Position numbers and translations under genes: made by a program. From Pirellula staleyi DSM 6068 (GTDB lineage: Bacteria > Planctomycetota > Planctomycetia > Pirellulales > Pirellulaceae), in the NCBI GenBank assembly GCA_000025185.1, contig CP001848.1, positions 4,800,001-4,832,000 on the forward strand: a stretch of 32,000 bases of DNA, given 5' to 3'. This document shows, piece by piece, positions 9,064-17,604 of the stretch. Below the pieces are notes generated by a model, which was not told the DNA's origin, did no database searches, and saw only the letters and a program-made list of their open reading frames with translations. Each line of letters begins with the position of its first letter. Position 1 is the stretch's first letter.

Positions 9064-10713
9064 ATGAGCCAATCGAGCAGCAACAGCCTGTTTGCCTTAC
9101 TGGGACGTAAGCCGAAGCCAGCGGCCACAGATCCGCTGGCGCAGCTCCTTCCCGCAACCGCTGCGAGCAGTGAAGTTCCGGTGGTTGTGCCAGCGCCTGC
9201 AGTGTCGAAAGATGCTGCTGCAGAAACCGCGTCAGCTACGCCAAAGTCGCCTGAACAGGCAGCCGCGAGCGATGAAAAACTTCAGCAGCTGCTGGCCCGC
9301 ATTCATCAGCTCGCGGGTCCCGAAGCGGCACGTGCACCACAAACCGAAGTGCCAGTTGCAGAATCGCCAAGCGAGAACCATGCATCATCCAAATCATCGA
9401 GTCCGCCGACAACTTTTGCTGCTGCCGCGAAGGTCGAGCAGCACGTGGTGAACGATTGCTTTTTGCCCCTTGAGCCCGAGAGTATTCACGAGGCGGGGCT
9501 GACCGATAGCGAAGTCGAACAGCTGATCTTGAAATACTTGCTCTCACGTGGTGATAGCACCGGGCGCGATGTTGCCGATCAAATCCGCTTGCCTTTCGTT
9601 CTGCTCGACACTCTGCTGCGTCAACTGAAGTACGATCAGCTCCTCGTCTATCGTGGCTCGGCACCGATGAACGACTATGTCTATCAGCTCACAGATCTTG
9701 GCCGCGAGCGAGCCCGGCGCTACATGGAGCACTGCACCTACTTCGGCGCTGCACCGGTATCGCTCACTGATTACATCTTGGGGGTCAAATCCCAATCCCT
9801 GGAACAGCAACACCCGAGCCAAGACGATCTGGCACGAGCTTTCGAAGACATTCTCGTTCCGAAGTCGATGATGCGTCGCTTGGGACCCGCAATCAACTCG
9901 GGGCGTGGGCTCTTTTTGTTCGGTGCAGCTGGCAACGGGAAAACCACGATTGCAGAACGTGTGACGCGCGCGTTTGGTCAGTACATTTGGATTCCCCGCG
10001 CGATCGGTATCGACGGCGAAGTGATTCGGCTCTACGACCCCGTGAATCACGAAGAGTGCCCTTTGCCACAGAATACAGGGCTCCTCGATCAGTCGAAAAT
10101 CGATCGCCGCTGGATTCGTATTCGCCGCCCCACGATCGTGGTGGGTGGTGAACTCACGATGGATAGTCTCGAAGTCACTTTGAACCGTTCGACTGGGATC
10201 AGCGAAGCGCCGCTGCAGCTCAAAAGCAACTGCGGCACGCTGGTGATCGACGACTTTGGACGTCAGAAGATGAGTACCGACCAGCTCCTCAATCGCTGGA
10301 TCGTTCCTCTCGAAAAACGTTACGACTACCTGAATCTACCCAATGGCAAGAAGATTCAAGTCCCGTTCGATCAGTTGATTGTTTTTTCAACGAACCTCGA
10401 ACCGAAGGATCTCGTCGACGAGGCGTTCCTCCGCCGTATTCCTTACAAGATTGAGGTGCTCGATCCCTCGGAAGAAGACTTTCGTCGTTTGTTTCAGATA
10501 CTCTGCCCGAAGCTTGGTTTCGAGTACGAGCAAGATCCGATCGATTACCTGGTGGAGCACCACTACAAGCGAGTTTCTCGCAAATTCCGTGCGTGTCAGC
10601 CGCGCGACTTGCTCCTGCAAATTCGCAACTACTGCCTCTTCCTGAAGCAAAGTCCGAAGCTGAATCGCGATGCCATCGACCTTGCTGTCGAAAACTATTT
10701 CTCGGTGATGTAG
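9064..10713 (+). CDS. AAA+ ATPase with a disordered Ala/Pro/Ser-rich N-terminus and a winged-helix-like middle region
   Basis: Walker [15 protein letters not shown], Walker [11 protein letters not shown], sensor/Arg-finger-like STNLEP...[13 protein letters not shown]. The first ~130 residues are low complexity. Confidence 0.8.
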   Translation: MSQSSSNSLFALLGRKPKPAATDPLAQLLPATAASSEVPVVVPAPAVSKDAAAETASATPKSPEQAAASDEKLQQLLARIHQLAGPEAARAPQTEVPVAESPSENHASSKSSSPPTTFAAAAKVEQHVVNDCFLPLEPESIHEAGLTDSEVEQLILKYLLSRGDSTGRDVADQIRLPFVLLDTLLRQLKYDQLLVYRGSAPMNDYVYQLTDLGRERARRYMEHCTYFGAAPVSLTDYILGVKSQSLEQQHPSQDDLARAFEDILVPKSMMRRLGPAINSGRGLFLFGAAGNGKTTIAERVTRAFGQYIWIPRAIGIDGEVIRLYDPVNHEECPLPQNTGLLDQSKIDRRWIRIRRPTIVVGGELTMDSLEVTLNRSTGISEAPLQLKSNCGTLVIDDFGRQKMSTDQLLNRWIVPLEKRYDYLNLPNGKKIQVPFDQLIVFSTNLEPKDLVDEAFLRRIPYKIEVLDPSEEDFRRLFQILCPKLGFEYEQDPIDYLVEHHYKRVSRKFRACQPRDLLLQIRNYCLFLKQSPKLNRDAIDLAVENYFSVM

Positions 10714-10743
10714 TAGCCGAGCTTGGCGGCGTCTTTTGTTGCG

Positions 10744-11007
10744 TTATCCGCCACCGATAGCTGGCAAGAAGTGCAGTTCGCTGTGTGGCTGAAGCGTGGC
10801 GCGCATCCCGCGCCGCGACATCTGATCGTCGATCGACACTTGCAGTGCCGGCGCAAGCTCGCTACCGACACAAATTCGTGATTTAAGGCCGGGAAATCGC
10901 ATCTCGAGATGTGCGACCACTTCCGCCACACTAGCGCCAGGGATCTCGACCTGCGAGATCCCACCTGTTAAATCGCGCCATGGCACAGGAATAAAAACAG
11001 TGGCCAT
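10744..11007 (-). CDS. MoaD/ThiS-family ubiquitin-like sulfur-carrier protein
   Basis: 87 aa with a C-terminal ...SELHFLPAIGGG (diglycine end). The overall layout is MoaD-like (VEIPGASVAEVVAHLEMRFPGL). It is the last gene of the XDH-family operon. Confidence 0.7.
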   Translation of the reverse strand: MATVFIPVPWRDLTGGISQVEIPGASVAEVVAHLEMRFPGLKSRICVGSELAPALQVSIDDQMSRRGMRATLQPHSELHFLPAIGGG

Positions 11008-11045
11008 CGCGATAACTCACAATCTCGAGTGAACATGCAGTCGAA

Positions 11046-13322
11046 TTACTGACCGCTCTTCGCCTCTGACATCGCTTTCCAAAGTCGCGGAGGGGAAATG
11101 GGGAGCGAAGTCATTCGCACGCCACTCGCCTCACACACTGCATTGGCAATCGCCGCACAGGGAGGAACGATCGGCGTTTCACCGACACCTCGCACACCAT
11201 ACGGGTGATTCGGATTGGGAACTTCGACAATGATCGTATCGATCATCGGAACGTCAAAACAGGTCGGCATGCGGTAGTCGAGGTAACTCGCGTTTCGCAT
11301 CCGTCCTTCGACATCGAAGAAGTACTCTTCGTTGAGCGCCCAGCCAATCCCTTGGACACTGCCACCTTGCATCTGTCCTTCGACATAGCTCGGATGGATT
11401 GCTTTTCCTGCATCTTGCACGGCGGTGTAACGCAAGATTTTAGTCTTACCTGTATCCGGGTCGATCTCGACATCGACGATATGTACGCCGAAGCCGTTGG
11501 TGGAACCTTCGGGACTCACGGATGCGCGGCCTGTCACCGGATCACCCGTGTGCGGCAATTCTTTGGCGAGTTCTTTGAACGTGAGGGAGTGTCCGTTGCT
11601 TTTGTAGATACCCTCTTCGACGGTCACCGATTCAGGGTCGCATTCCCAAAGAATGGCAGCTCTGCGTGCCATTTCCTTTTGAAGATCAAGCCCCAGCTTG
11701 TACGCCGCTAGGCCGGTTGCGAATGTTACGCGACTACCGCCGGTCACATCGGTGTAGCCTACGGTGTCGGTGTCTCCGACTTGAGGACGAACATCTTCGG
11801 CAGCCACACCAATCGTTTCGGCCAGTTGCATGGCAATGCTGGTGCGCGAGCCACCAATGTCGGTGCTTCCCTCGATGAGGGTCACGGTCCCATCGTCGTT
11901 CACACAAGCTGAGGCGCTTGATTTGAGTCCGATGTTAAACCAAAAACCGGCTGCAACTCCACGCCCACGATGCTTGCCAGTAAGAGGAGTTTTGTAGTGG
12001 TCGCTGTTCTTGGCCGCTTCGAGCACTTCCACGAAACCGATACGAGGATAGGCGGGGCCATCGACGCGACGTGTACCTTCTTTGGCCGCATTCTTCAGAC
12101 GAATTTCGATCGGATCGATTCCCAGTTTTTTGGCAATCTCGTCGATCACTTGCTCGCAAGCAAATGCCGCTTGTGTCGCTCCAGGGGCGCGGTAGGCCTG
12201 TGTTTTGGGTTTGTTGTTGCAAACGTCGTAGCCATCGACAGCAGCGTGGGGGATGTCGTAGCAACTGAAGATGCACATGCATCCGGGGCCGATCATTCCT
12301 CCGGGAAAAGCGCCCGCATCGTAGGCCAAATAGGCCTGAGCGGCGACGAGCGAGCCATCGTTCTTGGCCCCAATTTTCACTCGGACATAGGAGCCCGGTG
12401 TGGGTCCCGTCCCTTGAAAAACTTCGTCGCGCTGCATCGCCAGTTTTACAGGACGTCCACTCTTGCGGCTGAGAAGCGCAGCAACTGGTTCGCAGTAAAC
12501 AGCGATCTTGCCACCAAATCCACCACCAATTTCACAGGGGACGACCAAGACCTGCGAGACCGGAATTTGCAGGAGTTCCGCCGTTTGTTGACGGCACGTA
12601 AACGAACCTTGGGTACCGGTCCAAATTTTGAGCCGGGAATCTTCGTTCCACATCGCAACCGAGACATGTGGTTCGATGTAACCCTGGTGGACACTCGCTG
12701 TGGTGAACTCGCGCTCGACAACCACATCGGCGGCGGCAAATCCAGCGCTCAGATCTCCCTTTTCAAAGTGCAGATGGACGGCGATGTTGGTCGGCTTATC
12801 TCCGAGCTTGCCCATCTCGGAGGTACGCAAATCGCTGTGCAGCAGCGGCGCGTCGTCCTGCATCGCCTCGCGCACATCTTGCACAACGGGAAGCAGTTCG
12901 TACTGGACCTTGATCTTCCGCACCGCTTCTTCGGCGATATGACTACTGTTAGCAGCAACGGCGGCAATTGCGTGACCACGATAAAGAGCTTTATCTCGCG
13001 CCAGACAGTTGGCCGAGAGATGTGCCAAATTCACGGAGCCTTCCCCGAGATTCGCAATCTTGTCGGTCAGATCAGGAAAGTCGTGACCGGTGACAATGGC
13101 GTGCACTCCAGGCACGGCGAGCGCTTCAGCGAGATCGATCGAGACGATCTTCGCATGCGCATGAGGCGAGCGAAGGAAGCGACCATAGAGCATGCCTGGC
13201 AGCTGAACGTCAGCGGTGTAAATCGCTTTGCCGGTGACTTTGTCGGCACCGTCGTGGCGAATCGGGCGTGTGCCGAGCACTTTGTAAGAAGTCTTGCCAA
13301 GGTATTGAATCGAATCGCTCAT
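11046..13322 (-). CDS. Xanthine dehydrogenase/aldehyde oxidase-family molybdopterin-binding large subunit
   Basis: N-terminal a/b-hammerhead pattern (RHDGADKVTGKAIYTADVQLPGMLYGRFLRSPHAHAKIVSID) and QAYRAPGATQ. The protein is 758 aa and its start overlaps the stop of the upstream 2Fe-2S subunit gene by 4 nt (13319-13322). It lacks the CODH form I VAYRCSFR signature. Confidence 0.9.
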   Translation of the reverse strand: MSDSIQYLGKTSYKVLGTRPIRHDGADKVTGKAIYTADVQLPGMLYGRFLRSPHAHAKIVSIDLAEALAVPGVHAIVTGHDFPDLTDKIANLGEGSVNLAHLSANCLARDKALYRGHAIAAVAANSSHIAEEAVRKIKVQYELLPVVQDVREAMQDDAPLLHSDLRTSEMGKLGDKPTNIAVHLHFEKGDLSAGFAAADVVVEREFTTASVHQGYIEPHVSVAMWNEDSRLKIWTGTQGSFTCRQQTAELLQIPVSQVLVVPCEIGGGFGGKIAVYCEPVAALLSRKSGRPVKLAMQRDEVFQGTGPTPGSYVRVKIGAKNDGSLVAAQAYLAYDAGAFPGGMIGPGCMCIFSCYDIPHAAVDGYDVCNNKPKTQAYRAPGATQAAFACEQVIDEIAKKLGIDPIEIRLKNAAKEGTRRVDGPAYPRIGFVEVLEAAKNSDHYKTPLTGKHRGRGVAAGFWFNIGLKSSASACVNDDGTVTLIEGSTDIGGSRTSIAMQLAETIGVAAEDVRPQVGDTDTVGYTDVTGGSRVTFATGLAAYKLGLDLQKEMARRAAILWECDPESVTVEEGIYKSNGHSLTFKELAKELPHTGDPVTGRASVSPEGSTNGFGVHIVDVEIDPDTGKTKILRYTAVQDAGKAIHPSYVEGQMQGGSVQGIGWALNEEYFFDVEGRMRNASYLDYRMPTCFDVPMIDTIIVEVPNPNHPYGVRGVGETPIVPPCAAIANAVCEASGVRMTSLPISPPRLWKAMSEAKSGQ

Positions 13323-13804
13323 TTCGACGACTCCTGAAGCTGGCGAGCGGCGGCTTGAACGCTACGAACGATCTTGTCGTAGCCGGTGCAGCGGCAGAGG
13401 TTGTTGGCCAAATTGAAGCGGATTTGTTCTTCGGTGGGATTGGGATTTTTGTCGAGCAGGGCTTTAGTGGCCATCAAAAAGCCTGGTGTGCAGATGCCAC
13501 ACTGTAGCGCGGCACCTTCGAGAAAACAGCTTTGCACCGGGTGCAAGTGGCCGTGCTCGGCGAGCCCTTCCACGGTCTCAATTTTCTGGCCTTCGACTTC
13601 CACTGCCAGAACGAGGCATGCATTGACCGGCAGCCCGTTTAGCAGCACGGTACAAGCGCCGCAGTTGCCGTTGTTGCAACCTTCTTTGGCACCGGTGAGG
13701 TGCAGATTATCGCGTAGAACCTCGAGCAGACTTTGGCGCGGTTCGCACAAGAATTCCATCTGCTGCGCGTTAATCGTCGTGGTGACGTGTGTCTTGCTGG
13801 CCAC
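13319..13804 (-). CDS. (2Fe-2S)-binding small subunit of the XDH-family enzyme
   Basis: CNNGNCGACTV and CGICTPG...CRCTGY cysteine clusters. Confidence 0.9.
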   Translation of the reverse strand: MASKTHVTTTINAQQMEFLCEPRQSLLEVLRDNLHLTGAKEGCNNGNCGACTVLLNGLPVNACLVLAVEVEGQKIETVEGLAEHGHLHPVQSCFLEGAALQCGICTPGFLMATKALLDKNPNPTEEQIRFNLANNLCRCTGYDKIVRSVQAAARQLQESSK

Positions 13805-13882
13805 TCTGGCACCTATTTTCTAGGAGACTGAATTTTGTGGAGGAGAGGGAGATGCAGGTCGATCGAACTAAGTTGCCGAAGT

Positions 13883-14815
13883 TTAGTGAACACTCGCAAA
13901 CACTTCGCCACGAGCACGAGCGGCTGCTTTCTCCAAGGTTCGTGTTACCAAGACACCAATCAAGTGCATGCGATACTCGGCTGTGCCACGCATGTCGCTA
14001 ATGGGACTGGCGATCTTCTGGGCTAACTTGCCAGCTTCCGCAAAGTTGTCGGCTGTCGGTGATTTTCCGGCCAGAAACTCGCTCGCCTCTTGTGCATAGC
14101 GGCAGGTGGGGGCCACAGCTCCGATTCCGATACGGGCATATTCAATCGTGTCGCACTTCGAGTTCAGCTGCAAACGCGAAGCTACTCCTACGACGGCGAT
14201 ATCCATTTCGTTGCGTGGAATGAAGCGTTCGTAGGCCGATCCGCTGTGGGCCAGAGTCGGTGGGAACATGATGGCGTGCAGCAGTTCCCCTGGAGCCAGT
14301 TGATTCTTGCCCGGGCCGGTACAGAAAAGTTCCACCGCCACATTGCGACGGCCCTGGGGGCCGATGATCTCGCAGTAGGCATGGTGGGCAATGAGAGCCG
14401 GAATGGTGTCGGCTGCAGGGGAGGCATTGCACAGATTGCCCCCCACGCTTGCTCGCGACTGAATTTGCCACCCACCCACAATGCGTGTGGCATCGGCCAG
14501 AGCAGGGTAGGCAGCGGCAATTTGGGAATCGTCGTAGATGCGATAGCAGGGGACAGCAGCGCCGAGTTTCAAGCCTGTTTGTGGCGTGAAATGGAGCTCG
14601 GAAAGCTCGGGGATCTTCTTCACGTCGACCACGATCTCAGCCGATCGAGTCCCTTCGCGAAGTTGCACCAAAATATCAGTGCCCCCGGCCAAAATCCGAG
14701 CTTTTCCATTGGCCCAAGCAAGCAACTGCGTAGCTTCGGCAAGCGACGTCGGTGCCCGGTATGCAAAATTTTGCACGGAGAGGTGCCTTGCGCTGGAGGT
14801 CGAGTTGTCGATCAA
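13883..14815 (-). CDS. FAD-binding (CoxM/XdhB-like) medium subunit of the XDH-family enzyme
   Basis: ILAGGTDILVQL motif and a C-terminal RGTAEYRMHL motif typical of FAD_binding_5/CO_deh_flav_C. Confidence 0.85.
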   Translation of the reverse strand: MIDNSTSSARHLSVQNFAYRAPTSLAEATQLLAWANGKARILAGGTDILVQLREGTRSAEIVVDVKKIPELSELHFTPQTGLKLGAAVPCYRIYDDSQIAAAYPALADATRIVGGWQIQSRASVGGNLCNASPAADTIPALIAHHAYCEIIGPQGRRNVAVELFCTGPGKNQLAPGELLHAIMFPPTLAHSGSAYERFIPRNEMDIAVVGVASRLQLNSKCDTIEYARIGIGAVAPTCRYAQEASEFLAGKSPTADNFAEAGKLAQKIASPISDMRGTAEYRMHLIGVLVTRTLEKAAARARGEVFASVH

Positions 14816-14966
14816 AATGCAGCTGGCACAACGGCAACGAGTGCAACGTTAGAGCTTCACTGTGGCTGGCGATTATACCCGAGCGCTAGTTGCTTTCAAC
14901 GAACCCTCGTCGAGCACTTGCACGATTCGTCTAGTTCATGAACTGGGCAAGCAGTGAGAGTCGGCC

Positions 14967-15551
14967 CTAGGACTTTTCAGCGGGTGGCCGAGCAAACGAG
15001 AAGGCCAGCTGCGATTCGCGCGAAACCGAATGCGGATTCAGCTCTTTGTAGAGCATGCTCGCCTGAATATCGCGGTTGTGCTGATACTTGTCGCTCTTGT
15101 ATTCGACAATATCGCCCGCGATCTGATGGTAGAAAATTTGGCAAATCGAGATGCCCGGATAGATGCGAATCGGCTGAACGGCAAACATTTCGAGCGTCCA
15201 GTAGCCGCAGAAGCCGACGTCGCCAAAGCCCGCCGTGACGTGGACAAAAAGTCCGAGCCGACCAATCGAAGAGCGACCTTCAATCATCGGGACAAAATTA
15301 TGCGTCTCCGTGCGCTCGACAGTGCGGGCCAGATACAGCTTCTGGGGACTCAGCACGAGTCCTTCCTGAGGAATCAGAATCCGGCGCGTTCGATTGGGCT
15401 GGGCCATATCGAGCACCACCTCTTCGTAGGTGATGAGCTCGTTGTGCAGCGTCAGGTTGTAGCTGTTGGGATTCAGTTTCTCGGGATCGAATGGATCGAT
15501 GTTGATGTTCGTGCCGAGATTTTGCCGAATTTCTTCGCCTGACAGAATCAT
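14967..15551 (-). CDS. dcd: dCTP deaminase
   Basis: MILSGEEI..., LNPNSYNLTL, EGRSSIGRLGLFVH. Its 194 aa length is typical for Dcd. Confidence 0.9.
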   Translation of the reverse strand: MILSGEEIRQNLGTNINIDPFDPEKLNPNSYNLTLHNELITYEEVVLDMAQPNRTRRILIPQEGLVLSPQKLYLARTVERTETHNFVPMIEGRSSIGRLGLFVHVTAGFGDVGFCGYWTLEMFAVQPIRIYPGISICQIFYHQIAGDIVEYKSDKYQHNRDIQASMLYKELNPHSVSRESQLAFSFARPPAEKS

Positions 15552-15703
15552 CGCAGCCTACCGATCGAAAGTTGTTCTACGAGCGGCTGCTCGCAGATCG
15601 GGTGAAGCACTTACCAGAACCGGCGCTGTACCAATCGTCGCTATCTGAAACGTCACTGTCCGAATCGTCGCATCGAAGACCGCAAGCCTCTTCTCAACGC
15701 CCA

Positions 15704-16348
15704 TTATGTGGTGCCGATTCGAGGACAAAACTCCGCAAAGTTGCAGTGGTCGCAAGCAGGTTTACGAGCCTTGCACACACGTCGCCCATGATGAATCATG
15801 CGATGCGAAAACATGATCCATTCTTCCTGCGGTAGCTGAGCCATCAAATCGCGCTCGATCTTGACGGGGTCGACTTCCTTCGTCAACCCAAGACGCTGCG
15901 AAAGCCTGCCGACATGCGTGTCGACCACCACTCCACTCGGAATGCCAAAGCAGGTTCCCAGAACCACATTGGCCGTTTTTCGTCCCACACCAGGAAGCTT
16001 TACCAGCAGTTCAAGCTCCCGGGGAACTGCGCCAGCGTATTGCTCGACCAACTGTCGCGAGCACTCTTTGATATTCTTCGCCTTGTTCCGAAAAAAACCG
16101 GTGCTTTGTACCAACTTCTCAATCGACTTGAGCGGGGCTTCGGCCATCGCATCAGCGGTGGGATAATGCTTGAAAAGATCGCGCGTAACGATGTTCACCC
16201 GTTCGTCCGTACATTGAGCGGACAGAATGGTGGCAATCAGTAACTGGTAGGGAGATTGGTGCTCGAGTGCGCACAAGGCATCGGCGTAATCGCGCTTTAG
16301 CCCCTCGACAACGAGGCCTGCCTGCTCACCTTTTCGTTTTCGGGCCAT
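15704..16348 (-). CDS. nth: Endonuclease III
   Basis: HhH-GPD motif LPGVGRKTANVVLG and a C-terminal 4Fe-4S cluster loop with C-x6-C-x2-C-x5-C spacing (CKARKPACDHCNFAEFC). Confidence 0.92.
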   Translation of the reverse strand: MARKRKGEQAGLVVEGLKRDYADALCALEHQSPYQLLIATILSAQCTDERVNIVTRDLFKHYPTADAMAEAPLKSIEKLVQSTGFFRNKAKNIKECSRQLVEQYAGAVPRELELLVKLPGVGRKTANVVLGTCFGIPSGVVVDTHVGRLSQRLGLTKEVDPVKIERDLMAQLPQEEWIMFSHRMIHHGRRVCKARKPACDHCNFAEFCPRIGTT

Positions 16349-16554
16349 GGCCGCCTATGGAGTCGCTGAAGAGGAATTCGCCCATCGATTCCCGCCGCTG
16401 TCAGTCGCGAGAAGATTGCATGATTGTCGTGAGCGGTTCCGCTCGACGCAAGGTGTCGCTGAAATCGGTAAGATAGAGGCTTCAGTCAGCGATTGCGACG
16501 ACAAGCGTTGCTCGCTATCCCCGCACCACCACGATTGCTCAAGATAGGCGCCAC

Positions 16555-16947
16555 GTGACGGACGAAACCAACTACGACCACCGTTATCTCGAGGGGATCG
16601 AGCACTTCAATCGCTGCGACTTCTATGAAGCGCACGAGGTATGGGAAGAATTGTGGACCGAGTATGCCGGACCATCGCGAAAGTTCTACCAGGGGCTCAT
16701 TCAAGTTGCTGTTTGTTTGCACCATTTCGGCAACGGCAACACGCGTGGCGCGAAGAAACTGTTCCACGGCAGCACCGGCTATCTCAACGAGTATCGACCG
16801 TGGCATGAAGGGGTCGATGTCGATCAACTGATCACACAACTCGAGGCCTGTTGCCGAGAAATCCTCGACAGCACCGAAGAGTTTCCCAAAGTCGATATCA
16901 TTCCCGATCTCATCCCCGAGATTCACCTTTCACCACCACCGCCATGA
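16555..16947 (+). CDS. DUF309 domain protein
   Basis: GTG start. YLEGIEHFNRCDFYEAHEVWEELW...FYQGLIQVAVCLHHFGNGNTRGA matches the DUF309 pattern. Confidence 0.75.
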   Translation: MTDETNYDHRYLEGIEHFNRCDFYEAHEVWEELWTEYAGPSRKFYQGLIQVAVCLHHFGNGNTRGAKKLFHGSTGYLNEYRPWHEGVDVDQLITQLEACCREILDSTEEFPKVDIIPDLIPEIHLSPPPP

Positions 16948-17057
16948 TGCTGGCCCAGAAGACGACATTGGGGCCGCGCCATCGACTTCGTGCGTTAGTT
17001 TTTGGTATGGCCACCGACGGTGCATGATCCAAGAACAAGCGGAAAAAGAGGAAAATC

Positions 17058-17122
17058 TTGACGAATGGAGTTGACTACCCTTGTAGTCTCTCGCTATTGT
17101 GTGACTACTGATGTAGACACAC
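17058..17122 (+). promoter_or_regulatory. Putative blaI promoter with two ACTAC-N4-GTAG inverted-repeat operators
   Basis: GACTACccttGTAGTC (17073-17088) is a perfect palindrome. GTGTGACTACtgatGTAGACACAC (17099-17122) has one mismatch. TTGACT (17071-17076) and TATTGT (17095-17100) are 18 bp apart, and the whole region sits 20-70 bp upstream of the blaI ATG. Confidence 0.45.
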
Positions 17123-17142
17123 TCTAACCAACAAGTCGTTCG

Positions 17143-17604
17143 ATGAGTCAACAACGCGATTCGCTGGGAAAAGTAGAACTGGAGATCCTGCAACTGATTG
17201 ACAAGTTGCAGCCAGTTACGGTCCGGACACTTGTTGATCATTTAGCGGAAAGCAGCGGCCAAGCTCGCACGACAATCCTCACGGTGGTCGAGCGGATTCG
17301 AAAGAAGGGATTTGTCTCTCGTCGGAAGATAGGTGGAGTTTTTCACTACAGCCCTCGGATACCTGTAACACAATTGCTGCAGCGGCTCGTTACTGATTTT
17401 GTCAGCAATGTACTCGGTGGCTCGGTTTCACCCGTGGTCGCCTACCTTCAAAAAACTCAGCAAGTAGATCCGGCCGAACTAGCCGAACTGCGAGCGATTG
17501 TTGAGCAACTCGAATCGCAACAGCACCTATCTAATAAGGCATCCCCATCGAGCCATTGTCTGGACAATTCACTGCATGGTGAAAGCGAGAAAGGGGCTTC
17601 ATGA
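17143..17604 (+). CDS. BlaI/MecI/CopY-family transcriptional repressor
   Basis: N-terminal winged helix LGKVELEILQLIDKLQPVTVRTLVDHLAESSGQARTTILTVVERIRKKGFVSRRKIGGVFHYSP. Its stop overlaps the start of the next gene (ATGA). Confidence 0.85.
   Translation: MSQQRDSLGKVELEILQLIDKLQPVTVRTLVDHLAESSGQARTTILTVVERIRKKGFVSRRKIGGVFHYSPRIPVTQLLQRLVTDFVSNVLGGSVSPVVAYLQKTQQVDPAELAELRAIVEQLESQQHLSNKASPSSHCLDNSLHGESEKGAS

Noticed and set aside
11970-13337. 455-aa plus-strand ORF
   Set aside because: It is antisense to the XDH-family large subunit and has no recognisable domain, so I treat it as a shadow ORF.
14090-14941. 283-aa plus-strand ORF
   Set aside because: It is antisense to the FAD-binding subunit gene, so I treat it as a shadow ORF.
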